A DNA stretch of 51,655 bases from Elusimicrobiota bacterium. Lineage in GTDB: Bacteria; Elusimicrobiota; Elusimicrobia; Elusimicrobiales; UBA9959. The notes under the pieces are model-generated. The model saw only the letters and a program-made list of their open reading frames with translations, searched no databases and was not told the DNA's origin. The stretch covers positions 1 through 51,655 of the forward strand of contig JBAXKK010000006.1 in assembly GCA_037137395.1 (NCBI GenBank), given 5' to 3'. Position 1 is the first letter of the stretch. Each line of letters opens with the position of its first letter. A program made the position numbers and the translations under genes. Positions 1 to 11,327 of the stretch are shown here, piece by piece.

Positions 1-66
1 TATTTAAGGAACTCCTGATAACTCTTTACGCTTTCCGGCTTACGCTTCACGGTTTTAAAGGAACTT

Positions 67-222
67 ATGGCTGATAGAATTACAATCACGATGGGCTGCA
101 CGGTCTGTAAGAATAAGAACTATCATTTTTCCAGAGGCAAAAAAAAGGAATTCAAGATAGAGATTTCTAAATTCTGCAGGAACTGCGGCAAACAGACCGC
201 GCATAAAGAAGTTAAGAGCTAG
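67..222 (+). CDS. rpmG: 50S ribosomal protein L33 (Zn-binding type)
   Basis: Hand-translated, not in ORF track: MADRITITMGCTVCKNKNYHFSRGKKKEFKIEISKFCRNCGKQTAHKEVKS; two CxxC pairs; canonical position before tRNA-Trp/secE. Confidence 0.95.
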   Translation: MADRITITMGCTVCKNKNYHFSRGKKKEFKIEISKFCRNCGKQTAHKEVKS

Positions 223-305
223 TGTATAGTGATTGGTGAATAGTGGTTAGTGACGGAGTTCCTTTACCTCACGCTAGCCACTCAACACCAACCACGAATC
301 ACTGT
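220..305. repeat. Inverted heptamer array (TAGTGNN / NNCACTA family)
   Basis: Left arm TAGTGTA TAGTGAT TGGTGAA TAGTGGT TAGTGAC; complementary CAC-periodic right arm; loop contains GGAGTTCCTTTAC. Confidence 0.8.
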
Positions 306-315
306 TGTTTTTACT

Positions 316-387
316 GGGAGCGTCGGTTAACTGGTAAACCAGCGGTCTCCAAAACCGCAACTGAAGGTTCGAGTCCTTCCGCTCCCG
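316..387 (+). tRNA. trnW: tRNA-Trp (CCA)
   Basis: Acceptor stem GGGAGCG/CGCTCCC, anticodon arm GCGGT-CTCCAAA-ACCGC, T-loop GGTTCGAGTCC; 3' CCA not encoded; canonical rpmG-trnW-secE synteny. Confidence 0.96.
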
Positions 388-498
388 GAGCAAAATATAG
401 CTGGGCGGATGTCGGATCGGACCCGGGTGCGCAGTGGCGGTGTGTGTCTGCCGAATATAAACGCTCCCCGGACCGACGGATATAAAGGTGAACGCTTT

Positions 499-687
499 AT
501 GGGAAAAATAACGAGTTTTCTTAAGGAAGTATATCAGGAATTGACCAAGGTTACCTGGCTGACACGCAGCGATGTGGTGCGTTCCACCTTCGCCGTCAGC
601 GTGGTCGTAGTCATCGTGGCGCTATATGTCAGCGCCGTGGATTTCGGGCTTTCGATTGTATTGGGCAGTATTCTGGGAGGTCGCTAA
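499..687 (+). CDS. secE: Preprotein translocase subunit SecE
   Basis: FLKEVYQELTKVTW motif plus one TM helix; ATG at 499 after AAGGTG; upstream of nusG. Confidence 0.95.
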   Translation: MGKITSFLKEVYQELTKVTWLTRSDVVRSTFAVSVVVVIVALYVSAVDFGLSIVLGSILGGR

Positions 688-1218
688 ATGGCAAAAGGGT
701 GGTATGTTATACACACGCGTACCGGTTTTGAAGAGCGCGTTAACAAAATGCTCCAGCAGAAGATAGACAACAACGAGCTTACGGGGAAGCTTTTCCAGAT
801 CCTCATACCTACCGAGGATATTATCCAGGTAAAGCATAATAAAAAAGCCGTCAGCAAGAGGAAGTTTTTCCCGGGCTACGTGCTTGTAAGTCTTGAACTG
901 GACAACCAGACCTACTGGGCCATAAGAGGCATCCAGGGCGTCTCAGGATTTTTGGGCGATCCCAAGCCCGTCCCTATGGACGAGGGCGAGGTTCAGCAGA
1001 TTCTTGAACTGGTCAACGCCGCGGGTCTTGAGAAACCGAAACCCGCCGTGCAGTTCGAGAAAGGCGAGAACGTTCGCATCATAGAGGGGCCGTTCAAGCA
1101 TTTTATGGGAGTTGTGGAAGAAGTGAACGAGCAGAAGGCCAAGATAAAGGTAACGGTTACCGTTTTCGACCGCCCCACTCCCGTGGAACTCGACTTCCTG
1201 CAGGTGGAGAAGGTTTAA
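688..1218 (+). CDS. nusG: Transcription factor NusG
   Basis: WYVIHT, FFPGYVLV, KOW motif IIEGPF, C-terminal TPVELDFLQVEK. Confidence 0.98.
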   Translation: MAKGWYVIHTRTGFEERVNKMLQQKIDNNELTGKLFQILIPTEDIIQVKHNKKAVSKRKFFPGYVLVSLELDNQTYWAIRGIQGVSGFLGDPKPVPMDEGEVQQILELVNAAGLEKPKPAVQFEKGENVRIIEGPFKHFMGVVEEVNEQKAKIKVTVTVFDRPTPVELDFLQVEKV

Positions 1219-1263
1219 CGGAAAGCGGTTGCTCTAAAGTTACAATTCAGGAGAACACATATT

Positions 1264-1698
1264 ATGGCTAAAGTAAAAGCGGTAAAGACAATGATAAAGC
1301 TGCAGATCCCCGCAGGATCCGCCAATCCTGCACCTCCCGTGGGTCCCGCCCTCGGTCAGCACGGCGTGAATATAATGGACTTCTGCAAGCAATTTAACGA
1401 GAAGACCAGAAAACTTGAGCAGGGCGTGCCGATTCCTGTGGTCATCACGGTTTTTGAGGACAGAACCTTCACGTTCATCACCAAGATGCCTCCGATGGCC
1501 GCGCTCATTAAGAAAGCGGCTGGCCTTGCCAAGGGTTCAGGCGAGCCAAACAAGACCAAGGTCGGAAAAATGACTCTGAAGCAGGTGGAAGAAGTGGCCA
1601 GGCAAAAGCTGGTTGACCTCAACACCAAAGATATCAAACAGGCCATGGAAATGGTGAAGGGTACCGCGCGCTCAATGGGCGTGGATATAATCAGTTAG
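1264..1698 (+). CDS. rplK: 50S ribosomal protein L11
   Basis: [33 protein letters not shown]. Confidence 0.99.
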   Translation: MAKVKAVKTMIKLQIPAGSANPAPPVGPALGQHGVNIMDFCKQFNEKTRKLEQGVPIPVVITVFEDRTFTFITKMPPMAALIKKAAGLAKGSGEPNKTKVGKMTLKQVEEVARQKLVDLNTKDIKQAMEMVKGTARSMGVDIIS

Positions 1699-1780
1699 GG
1701 TTCAGGGGTTGGGGTACAGGGTCAAGGGTAAGCGGCTTTTCCGACTTTACTCTACCCTCTTCCCTATACCCTCAACCCTT
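1696..1780. repeat. Inverted heptamer array (NAGGGTN / NACCCTN family)
   Basis: TAGGGTT CAGGGGT TGGGGTA CAGGGTC AAGGGTA ... TACTCTA CCCTCTT CCCTATA CCCTCAA CCCTT. Confidence 0.8.
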
Positions 1781-1786
1781 CGGCAA

Positions 1787-1826
1787 GAGGGAGCAAAGCC
1801 CCGCGAGGGGATTGCGTTTGAACCTC
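1787..1826 (+). promoter_or_regulatory. Putative L1-binding autoregulatory RNA element
   Basis: GAGG-GAG-CAA...CCCC-GCGA-GGGG...TTGC...AA-CCTC; GAGG/CCTC closing stem with GGAG...AACC core, adjacent to the rplA AGGAG SD. Confidence 0.6.
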
Positions 1827-1840
1827 AAGGAGACAACACA

Positions 1841-2524
1841 ATGGGTAAAAGAATAGAGAACATAAAGAAAGGTCTGGACCTTATCAAGAAATATAAAGTC
1901 GAAGAAGCCGTGGCGATCATCAAAAAGAACGCCAGCGCCAAATTCGACGAGACAGTTGAGGTGCACCTGAAGCTCGGTATTGATGTGAAACATTCCGATC
2001 AGCAGGTCCGCAGCACAGTCAGCCTTCCCCACGGCACAGGAAAGACCAAAAAGGTCGCTGTTATAGCCAAGGGCGAAAAAGTGAAGGAAGCTGAAGCCGC
2101 CGGAGCCGATCTGATCGGCGGAGCGGAACTCATTGAGACCATATTTAAAGGCGCCATGGACTTCGACGTTCTTGTCATCACCCCGGACATGATGAAAGAC
2201 GCCGCCAAGCTCGGTAAAGTGCTTGGTCCCAGGGGCCTTATGCCTAATCCGAAGAGCGGCACTGTGACCTTTGAGCTGACCAAGACCGTGAAAGAGCTTA
2301 AGGCCGGGCGCATAGAGTTTAAAGCCGATCCGCAGGGCATCGTGCACGCGCCGGCAGGCAAAGTGTCCTTCCCTGAGAAGAATCTTGCCGAGAATGTGCA
2401 GACTATTATCGACGCGGTCCTTAAGGTGAAGCCGTCTTCTTCAAAGGGCGTGTATATGCAATCCGTGTATGTGTCGTCCACGATGGGCCCCGGGTTGCCG
2501 ATAGATGTCTCAGTTAAGGCGTAA
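1841..2524 (+). CDS. rplA: 50S ribosomal protein L1
   Basis: AKFDETVE, LGPRGLMPNPKSGTVT, SSTMGPG; ATG at 1841 after AAGGAG (ORF-track start at 1709 too far upstream). Confidence 0.99.
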   Translation: MGKRIENIKKGLDLIKKYKVEEAVAIIKKNASAKFDETVEVHLKLGIDVKHSDQQVRSTVSLPHGTGKTKKVAVIAKGEKVKEAEAAGADLIGGAELIETIFKGAMDFDVLVITPDMMKDAAKLGKVLGPRGLMPNPKSGTVTFELTKTVKELKAGRIEFKADPQGIVHAPAGKVSFPEKNLAENVQTIIDAVLKVKPSSSKGVYMQSVYVSSTMGPGLPIDVSVKA

Positions 2525-2575
2525 TTTTTGCCAAGGCAGAAATTACAGTTATAAATTATATGCGGTTATTTCAGC

Positions 2576-2654
2576 CGCGCCATAGGCCGTAAGCTATACG
2601 CTATTAAGGAAATTCCTAAAGAGCATGTGGCCTACGGCTTGTGGTTTACGGCGG
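2576..2654. repeat. Inverted heptamer array (GCCRTAN family) with AGGAAATTCCT loop
   Basis: GCCATAG GCCGTAA GCTATAC GCTA - TTAAGGAAATTCCTAA - GCATGTG GCCTACG GCTTGTG GTTTACG GC. Confidence 0.75.
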
Positions 2655-2691
2655 TATAAGTTCCCATATTCACTCTAAAGAGGAGTAAAAC

Positions 2692-5139
<2,448 letters not shown>

Positions 5140-5142
5140 CAT

Positions 5143-5270
5143 CAGTGGTCAGTGAACAGTGTTTAGTGGACAGTGAGCAGTGGATAGTAAAAAATACACT
5201 ACCAGCGGTCACTAATCACTAATCACTAACCACTAACTACTAACCACTGCCCACTAATCACTACCCACTG
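5143..5270. repeat. Inverted heptamer array (YAGTGNN / NNCACTR family)
   Basis: CAGTGGT CAGTGAA CAGTGTT TAGTGGA CAGTGAG CAGTGGA TAGT ... TCACTAA TCACTAA TCACTAA CCACTAA CTACTAA CCACTGC CCACTAA TCACTAC CCACTG. Confidence 0.92.
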
Positions 5271-5275
5271 TCGTT

Positions 5276-6031
5276 ATGTTCCTATTTAAAAAACTTCTGA
5301 CCCCGTTCCTGCTGCCGCCTGGAATATTCTCGGTGCTGGCTCTCTGCATGGCTGTCCTGAGGTTTAGAAAAGACCGCAAGCAGGCGCTAGTCTGGGCCGG
5401 TTTCGCCCTGCTGATCTGGGGCGCGTCAATAACACCCATAGAAGATTTCGCGCTCACCAAACTTGAGTACGCCTATCTCCCTCCGTCGGAACTGAAGGCC
5501 GACGCTGTGGTGCTCCTTGGCGGGGGGATACGGGAGGGGGCCCCTGAGCCCTTCGGCATACCGGAACTTTCCTGCGTGTCGCTTGAAAGGGCTCTGGTGG
5601 CCTCCCGGATATACCATCGGTATAAACTGCCGGTGATTGTGACCGGGGGGGCGTTGTTCTCAAGCGGGTCGGAGGCCGTAGCGATAAAAAAACAACTTAT
5701 AAGTCTGGGTGTGCCACGGGAAAATATTTTTACCGAAGAGTTTGCCCGCGATACCAGGGAGAACGCTGTCTTCTCAAAAAAGATCTGCGATGAGAAAGGT
5801 TATACAAAAATAGCGATAGTAACTTCCGCGTACCATATGAGGCGTGCCGTGTGGAGTTTTAAAAACGCGGGCTTCAAAGACGCAGTTCCTTATCCTGCGG
5901 CATATAAAACCTCAAAACTTGCTAAGTACTATTATGTGGATTTTCTGCCCGGGAGTCTTGAACACCTCAGGATCGCGATGCAGGAATGCTTAGGACTGGT
6001 TTTTTATAAGATCAGTTATCGGGATAATTAA
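5276..6031 (+). CDS. YdcF/DUF218 (SanA/ElyC-like) envelope protein
   Basis: N-terminal TMs, AVVLLGGG, IVTGG, SEA, DTRENA, VTSAYHMRRA. Confidence 0.9.
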   Translation: MFLFKKLLTPFLLPPGIFSVLALCMAVLRFRKDRKQALVWAGFALLIWGASITPIEDFALTKLEYAYLPPSELKADAVVLLGGGIREGAPEPFGIPELSCVSLERALVASRIYHRYKLPVIVTGGALFSSGSEAVAIKKQLISLGVPRENIFTEEFARDTRENAVFSKKICDEKGYTKIAIVTSAYHMRRAVWSFKNAGFKDAVPYPAAYKTSKLAKYYYVDFLPGSLEHLRIAMQECLGLVFYKISYRDN

Positions 6032-6116
6032 TAATGCACATGCTGCCATTGGCCGCTTGATGATTGTTGAGTCTGATGCGTGGCGTGGGGTATGTGGGGT
6101 AAAAATGTCGGGCCCA

Positions 6117-6145
6117 TTGACTGGCAGGGGGAAAGTTTGTAGATT
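6117..6145 (+). promoter_or_regulatory. Putative sigma70 promoter for infC
   Basis: TTGACT-N17-TAGATT. Confidence 0.55.
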
Positions 6146-6173
6146 ACATAGTGTCCGGACGATTTTAAGCCGT

Positions 6174-6319
6174 TAATCTGAATCCTGATTGTTATGCAGG
6201 ATTCCCCGCGTAGCGGGCTGAGAGCCCAGCGCTATGCGCGCCCGGCCCGAAGAGATGTATGCCTCCCGAATGGGCGCCCGCTATGCGGGCGGAAAGGTGC
6301 AACAGCAACTTTCAGGCTA
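6174..6319. mobile_element. Multi-hairpin MITE/REP-like element, short copy (family A)
   Basis: Ends TAATCTGAA...TTCAGGCTA; colinear with 38812-39171 over shared blocks. Confidence 0.75.
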
Positions 6320-6438
6320 ATCTGAAATATTTTAGTGACAACTAGGCCCGCGCTTTAAGTCGCAGCAGGCGCGGGGTGCGGGTGGACTGAGGCGTTGTTA
6401 AATTTTGCTTTGGTGCACAATAAACAAGGAGGACGTTC

Positions 6439-7023
6439 TTGTATCACGATAATAAAAGGGTAAGAATAAACAGGTTTATAAATGTGGCGCAGGTGAGATT
6501 GATCGCGACCGACGGCACCATGATAGGCGTGAAGCCCATCCTGGAGGCGCAGAATATGGCCAGATCCGCCGGGATGGATCTGGTGGAAATCGCCCCCATG
6601 GCCAATCCGCCGGTCTGCAAAATAATGGATTTCTCCAAGTATCTTTACGAACTGGATAAGCAGGCCAGAGAGAACCGCAAGAAACAGAAAGCGGGCGTCC
6701 TGAAAGAGATACGCTTTAATCCGAGGATAGCCACGCACGACCTTGAAACTAAAATAAAGCACATAGAAGAGTTTCTCAAAGAACAGAATAAGGTGCGCGT
6801 TACAGTCGTGTTCCATGGCCGGGAGAATCAGCATCGGAACCTGGGTGAAGATATACTTATGAAGGTGAAGAACACGCTGCTTCCGGTGGGTACGGTAGAG
6901 GGGCGCACGCAGATGATGGGAAACAGGATGAGCATCATGCTTACCCCCGTCGCTCCGACCGCGGCAAAAGCCCCGGCGGCGAAGGCGCCGTCCGCGCCTA
7001 AGCCGGTCAATCCGGCTAATTAA
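6439..7023 (+). CDS. infC: Translation initiation factor IF-3
   Basis: RINRFI, VRLI, DLVEIAPMANPPVCKIMDFSKYLYE, KEIRF, FHGRE; TTG start after AGGAGG. Confidence 0.98.
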   Translation: MYHDNKRVRINRFINVAQVRLIATDGTMIGVKPILEAQNMARSAGMDLVEIAPMANPPVCKIMDFSKYLYELDKQARENRKKQKAGVLKEIRFNPRIATHDLETKIKHIEEFLKEQNKVRVTVVFHGRENQHRNLGEDILMKVKNTLLPVGTVEGRTQMMGNRMSIMLTPVAPTAAKAPAAKAPSAPKPVNPAN

Positions 7024-7035
7024 AGCGCCGCTTTT

Positions 7036-7065
7036 TTGCAAGAGAGCCGTTTTATTTAATATAAT
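7036..7065 (+). promoter_or_regulatory. Putative sigma70 promoter for rpmI-rplT-pheST
   Basis: TTGCAA-N18-TATAAT. Confidence 0.55.
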
Positions 7066-7141
7066 ATCACCAGAGGTCAAACCGGGCTGACTAGGGTCAC
7101 CCTGTCACGATTTGTCTGCGATACTACATGAGAGAAATATT

Positions 7142-7345
7142 ATGCCTAAAATGAAAAGTCACAGCGGCGCGAAAAAAAGATTTCGCAAAACCAAAAGCGG
7201 CAAGTGGCTGCACCGGAAAGCGGGGCTCCGTCATCTTTTAACCGGGATGTCTGCTAAAAGAGGCCGTCAGCTCCGAACCGCTAAAGTGGAAGAGCCCACC
7301 AGCGTAGAGGGCAAGCTTCTTAAAAGTTATCTGCCGTATGAGTAG
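7142..7345 (+). CDS. rpmI: 50S ribosomal protein L35
   Basis: MPKMKSHSGAKKRFRKTKSGK...RHLL; between infC and rplT. Confidence 0.97.
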   Translation: MPKMKSHSGAKKRFRKTKSGKWLHRKAGLRHLLTGMSAKRGRQLRTAKVEEPTSVEGKLLKSYLPYE

Positions 7346-7348
7346 TAG

Positions 7349-7416
7349 CAAGTGATGAGAATTAAACAGTAAGGTTTCAGAACTTAATTCTTAGCGCCTA
7401 ATCCTTAATCCTCTTA
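7349..7416. repeat. Degenerate inverted heptamer array (TAAGNNN / NNNCTTA family)
   Basis: CAAGTGA TGAGAAT TAAACAG TAAGG ... CTTAATT CTTAGCG CCTAATC CTTAATC. Confidence 0.65.
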
Positions 7417-7430
7417 GAACGGAAATTATC

Positions 7431-7793
7431 ATGAGAATAAAATACAGCGTAGCAAGAAATAAAAGAAAGAAAAAAATATTTAAGCTCGCCAAGGGTTACT
7501 ACGGCGATAAAAAGAATCGTCTCCGGATGGCGACACAGCAGGTCAAGAAGGCCCTGACCTCCGCTTACACCCACCGCAAAGACAAGAAAGGCGATGTCCG
7601 CCAGCTGTGGATAGTCCGGCTTAACGCCGCCACCCGCGAAGAGGGCATGACCTACAGCACCTTCATAAACGGGCTCAAGAAAGCCGACATCCTGCTCAAC
7701 AGGAAGATGCTTTCCGAGATAGCCATAAAGGACCCTGGTTCTTTCACGCGGCTCGTTGAGCTCGCCAAGGCTTCTTTAACCAAAACCTCATGA
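7431..7793 (+). CDS. rplT: 50S ribosomal protein L20
   Basis: KLAKGYYG, RQLWIVRLNAA, LNRKMLSEIAI. Confidence 0.98.
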   Translation: MRIKYSVARNKRKKKIFKLAKGYYGDKKNRLRMATQQVKKALTSAYTHRKDKKGDVRQLWIVRLNAATREEGMTYSTFINGLKKADILLNRKMLSEIAIKDPGSFTRLVELAKASLTKTS

Positions 7794-8836
7794 ATCAGGA
7801 TGATTGGAAGGCGAAACTATCCCTTATCCGGGATAGTTTCCTTTCCACGCTTGGAAAAACTGATGTCGCCGCAATCGCGGAATTTGAAACACATTATCTG
7901 GGCAGGAAGGGTGAATTAACCCTGCTTCTGAGGGACCTCAAGGACTTTCCGATAGAAGAACGGAAAATTCTCGGTGCCCTTGGCAACGCCCTGAAGACGG
8001 AACTTTCCGGCGCTCTGGACGCGCGCAAGACCGAAACCGGCGCCGGCGTCGTTAATCTCAACAAATCCCAATTCGACCTTACTATGGCGGGGTATCCTTT
8101 CCCCAAGGGCAGCCTGCACCCGCTCACTGTTACTGCCAATAAAATGTATGACGGCTTTCAGAAGCTGGGTTTCTCCATAGCCGAAGGCCCGCTGATAGAG
8201 GAAGATTATTTTAATTTCGAGGCGCTTAATTTCGCGCCTGACCATCCCGCGCGCGACATGCAGGATACCTTCTATGTCGACCTCAAGGACGCCAGGGGGA
8301 AAGACCTGCTGCTGCGGACCCATACCTCGCCTGTCCAGATACGCACGATGAAGAGCCAGGAGCCGCCGTTGCGCGTGGTTTCCGCCGGTCGTGTGTTCCG
8401 TTCAGAGGCGGTGGACGCGAGTCATTCCTTCGCTTTCCACCAGATGGAAGGTTTTTACGTGGATAAAAATGTCACCATGGCCGACCTCAAGTGGACGCTT
8501 GAGGCTTTTATGAAGGATCTCTTCGGCGGCCAGGCCAAAATTTCTTTTTCTCCTTCGTTCTTCCCCTTCGTGGAACCCGGAGCGCAGGTCGCGGTTTCCT
8601 GCGTGTTCTGCAAGGGTTCCGGCGCCTGTCCGGTCTGTAAGGGAACGGGCTGGATAGAACTGCTGGGAGCCGGCGTCATTCATCCAAATGTCATAAAAGC
8701 CTGCGGCTATGATGCCGAGAAATGGAGCGGTTTCGCTTTCGGCGCCGGCATAGAGCGTTTCGCTATGTTGCTGTACGGCATCCGTGATATGCGCATGCTT
8801 TACGAGAACGATTTGAGGATACTTAAGCAGCTATGA
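7790..8836 (+). CDS. pheS: Phenylalanine--tRNA ligase alpha subunit
   Basis: HPARDMQDTFY, LRTHTSPVQIR, FHQMEG, FPFVEP, GFAFGAGIERF. Confidence 0.99.
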   Translation: MNQDDWKAKLSLIRDSFLSTLGKTDVAAIAEFETHYLGRKGELTLLLRDLKDFPIEERKILGALGNALKTELSGALDARKTETGAGVVNLNKSQFDLTMAGYPFPKGSLHPLTVTANKMYDGFQKLGFSIAEGPLIEEDYFNFEALNFAPDHPARDMQDTFYVDLKDARGKDLLLRTHTSPVQIRTMKSQEPPLRVVSAGRVFRSEAVDASHSFAFHQMEGFYVDKNVTMADLKWTLEAFMKDLFGGQAKISFSPSFFPFVEPGAQVAVSCVFCKGSGACPVCKGTGWIELLGAGVIHPNVIKACGYDAEKWSGFAFGAGIERFAMLLYGIRDMRMLYENDLRILKQL

Positions 8837-11220
8837 AAATACAGCACTCCTGGCTGATGGAATTTATCGGCGCTCCCCTGGAGGTTGATGACCTCATCGG
8901 CAAGCTCACCCGTCTGGGTTTTAATATCGAAGAGGTCACGCGCACCGGAGCCTCTTTCTCCGGCGTGGTCGCGGGCCAGATCTTAGCCATAGATAAACAC
9001 CCGAACGCCGACAAACTTTCTCTTTGCGACGTGAACGACGGAACTGTCGTTATGAAGGTCGTCTGCGGCGCGAAAAATATCGTCGTCGGGCAAAAAATAG
9101 CTTTCGCTAAGGTTGGCGCCGTTCTGGCCGAAGGCGTGCTGAAGAAGGCAAAAATACGCGGCGTTGAATCGGAGGGGATGATCTGCGCCGCAGGGGAACT
9201 GGGCCTTGAGGGTTATGACAATTCCGGTATCCTGATCCTGCCGGAAAACACTCCGCTGGGGGCGGACGCCTCCACGCTTTTTGCCAAGCCCGACTGCGTT
9301 CTGGAAGTTGAGATCACGCCTAATCTGGCCTATTGTCTGTCGCATTACGCCCTGGCCCGCGAACTCTGCGCTTTCTATAATCTTCCTTTTAAAAAGCCGG
9401 TCGTGCCCGAAGTCGCGGCTGCCGCGACTGTCGTGCCCATTAAAATTGAAGACCCGAAGCTCTGCCGCCGGTATACCGGCATAGTTTTGGAGAATCTCAC
9501 CGCGTCCAAAACTCCGGAGTGGCTGGCCAGCCGTCTGCGCGCCATGGGCGCAAATCCTAAAAACAATATTTTAATAGATGTTTCCAACTATGTGATGTTT
9601 GAGCTGGGTCAGCCCGCTCACTGTTTCGATCTTGCAAAACTCGCCGGTCCTGAGATAATAGTCCGCCCCGCGGTATCGGGGGAAACGCTCAGATCGCTGG
9701 ACAATCAGGAATTGAAACTTGATGAAACCATGCTGGTTATCGCGGATCGGGACCGCCCCGCCGCCCTTGCCGGAGTGATAGGCGGAATGGCGTCGGCGGT
9801 CTCGGAAACTACAACGGCGGTCTTGATAGAGTCCGCTTCTTTCAACCCCTCCGCGGTCAGACTTTCTTCAAAAAAATCCGGCGTCAAAACCGAATCTTCA
9901 TACCGTTTTGAGCGCGGCACCGATCCTGAACTGACAGTTTACGCGGCGCGGCGCATGGCGCAGATAATACTTGAAGCCGTCCCCGGCGCGAAAGTAACGC
10001 AGGTTACGGATAACTATCCGTCAAAGTATCAGCCCAAGGTCATAGAGGTCCGCCCCGAGCGCGTGAACGCTATTCTGGGAGCCGACATTTCCGAGAAAGA
10101 TATATTCGCCTGCCTGAAAGCCATACAGCCGGGGCTTCTTGACGCCAAGCCCTGGCAGTTTTCGGTGCCGAGCTATCGCCAGGATATTGACAGCGTTTGG
10201 GATATAGCGGAAGAAGCGGCCCGATATATAGGTTACGATGTCATTCCCGCCAAGTCTAACATGCCGATGATGCGCGCCGCCGCCGCGCCGTCATATGAAG
10301 TAACTACGGAACTCAAGAACCGCTTGGCCGGTTTGGGCTTTTCCGAGGTCTACAACTACGACTTTATCGCCCTGAAGGATTTTCGCAACTGCCTGCTTAA
10401 CGAGGAGGAGGCGGTGCCGCTCAAGAACCCGCTTTCAGCCGATTATCAATTTATGCGCACAGCCATGGTGGCGGGCGTGCTTAAGACTTTAAAGTACAAT
10501 TTGAATCGCGGCCGGAGCTCGGTTTCTATCTTTGAGGTCGGTAATGTTTTCAGGAAGACTGAAAAAGGCCATTTTGAAGAGACGATGTGCGCGGGTCTTA
10601 TGTATGGATCCTTCCCGGCTTCGGAGTTCTGGCGCGGGGGTACCGCTTGCGCTGATTTTTACCATCTAAAAGGTGTCATGAGCGCCGTGTTCGCCGGTTA
10701 TGGCGGCTTCAGGTTCGAGCATTCGAAGGCCCCGCCGCCTTATTTGCATCCGGGCGCGGCCCTTGAGATGCGGCTGGGAAATTCGCGGGCCGGCTGCCTG
10801 GGTTTAATAAATCCGATGACGGCGCGGAACAGCGATTTCAAGGATAATCAGATTTGTTATTTTGAACTACCTGTCGCGGCGCTTGTCGCGGCTTATAAGC
10901 CTGAGTTCTGGTCCCGATTGACCCAGATAAAACCGGTGTCGTCGTTCCCTAACACCTGGCGGGATCTGTCGGTGGTTATAGAAGATAAGTTCGAATGGGG
11001 AGATATCGAGAGAGAGATCTCCAAAGCTCCGGATCTGGCGGCCGTTAAACTTATCGATGTATACAAAGGCAAAAGCATAGGCGAAAATCTGAAGAGCATC
11101 ACTATCAGGTTCACTTTCTCCTCGATGGACAAGACGCTGACCGACGAAGAAACAAATACGCGCATCGCCGCCATCCTGCTGAAGCTCTCCATGAACTTCG
11201 GCGCCAAAATAAGAAGTTAA
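8833..11220 (+). CDS. pheT: Phenylalanine--tRNA ligase beta subunit
   Basis: HPNADKLSLC, VCGAKN, IRGVESEGMIC, SSYRFERG, C-terminal FDX-ACB (RDLS, KTLTDEE). Confidence 0.98.
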   Translation: MKIQHSWLMEFIGAPLEVDDLIGKLTRLGFNIEEVTRTGASFSGVVAGQILAIDKHPNADKLSLCDVNDGTVVMKVVCGAKNIVVGQKIAFAKVGAVLAEGVLKKAKIRGVESEGMICAAGELGLEGYDNSGILILPENTPLGADASTLFAKPDCVLEVEITPNLAYCLSHYALARELCAFYNLPFKKPVVPEVAAAATVVPIKIEDPKLCRRYTGIVLENLTASKTPEWLASRLRAMGANPKNNILIDVSNYVMFELGQPAHCFDLAKLAGPEIIVRPAVSGETLRSLDNQELKLDETMLVIADRDRPAALAGVIGGMASAVSETTTAVLIESASFNPSAVRLSSKKSGVKTESSYRFERGTDPELTVYAARRMAQIILEAVPGAKVTQVTDNYPSKYQPKVIEVRPERVNAILGADISEKDIFACLKAIQPGLLDAKPWQFSVPSYRQDIDSVWDIAEEAARYIGYDVIPAKSNMPMMRAAAAPSYEVTTELKNRLAGLGFSEVYNYDFIALKDFRNCLLNEEEAVPLKNPLSADYQFMRTAMVAGVLKTLKYNLNRGRSSVSIFEVGNVFRKTEKGHFEETMCAGLMYGSFPASEFWRGGTACADFYHLKGVMSAVFAGYGGFRFEHSKAPPPYLHPGAALEMRLGNSRAGCLGLINPMTARNSDFKDNQICYFELPVAALVAAYKPEFWSRLTQIKPVSSFPNTWRDLSVVIEDKFEWGDIEREISKAPDLAAVKLIDVYKGKSIGENLKSITIRFTFSSMDKTLTDEETNTRIAAILLKLSMNFGAKIRS

Positions 11221-11327
11221 TAACGGGGGCCAGGTAAGAGTTTTGTTTCCTTCACTAACCTGAATCCTTCCTTGCTCTGTGATATTGCGCCGGTGTAGCG
11301 CAAAATAATCTTAAAAAAGAGGGTGTC

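Noticed and set aside
243..485. 80-aa ORF
   Set aside because: Runs through a repeat array and tRNA-Trp
6355..7080. 241-aa minus-strand ORF
   Set aside because: Antisense to infC; no recognisable motifs
8598..8642. CxxC...CxxC insert in PheS
   Set aside because: Common in PheS of many bacterial lineages; not unusual
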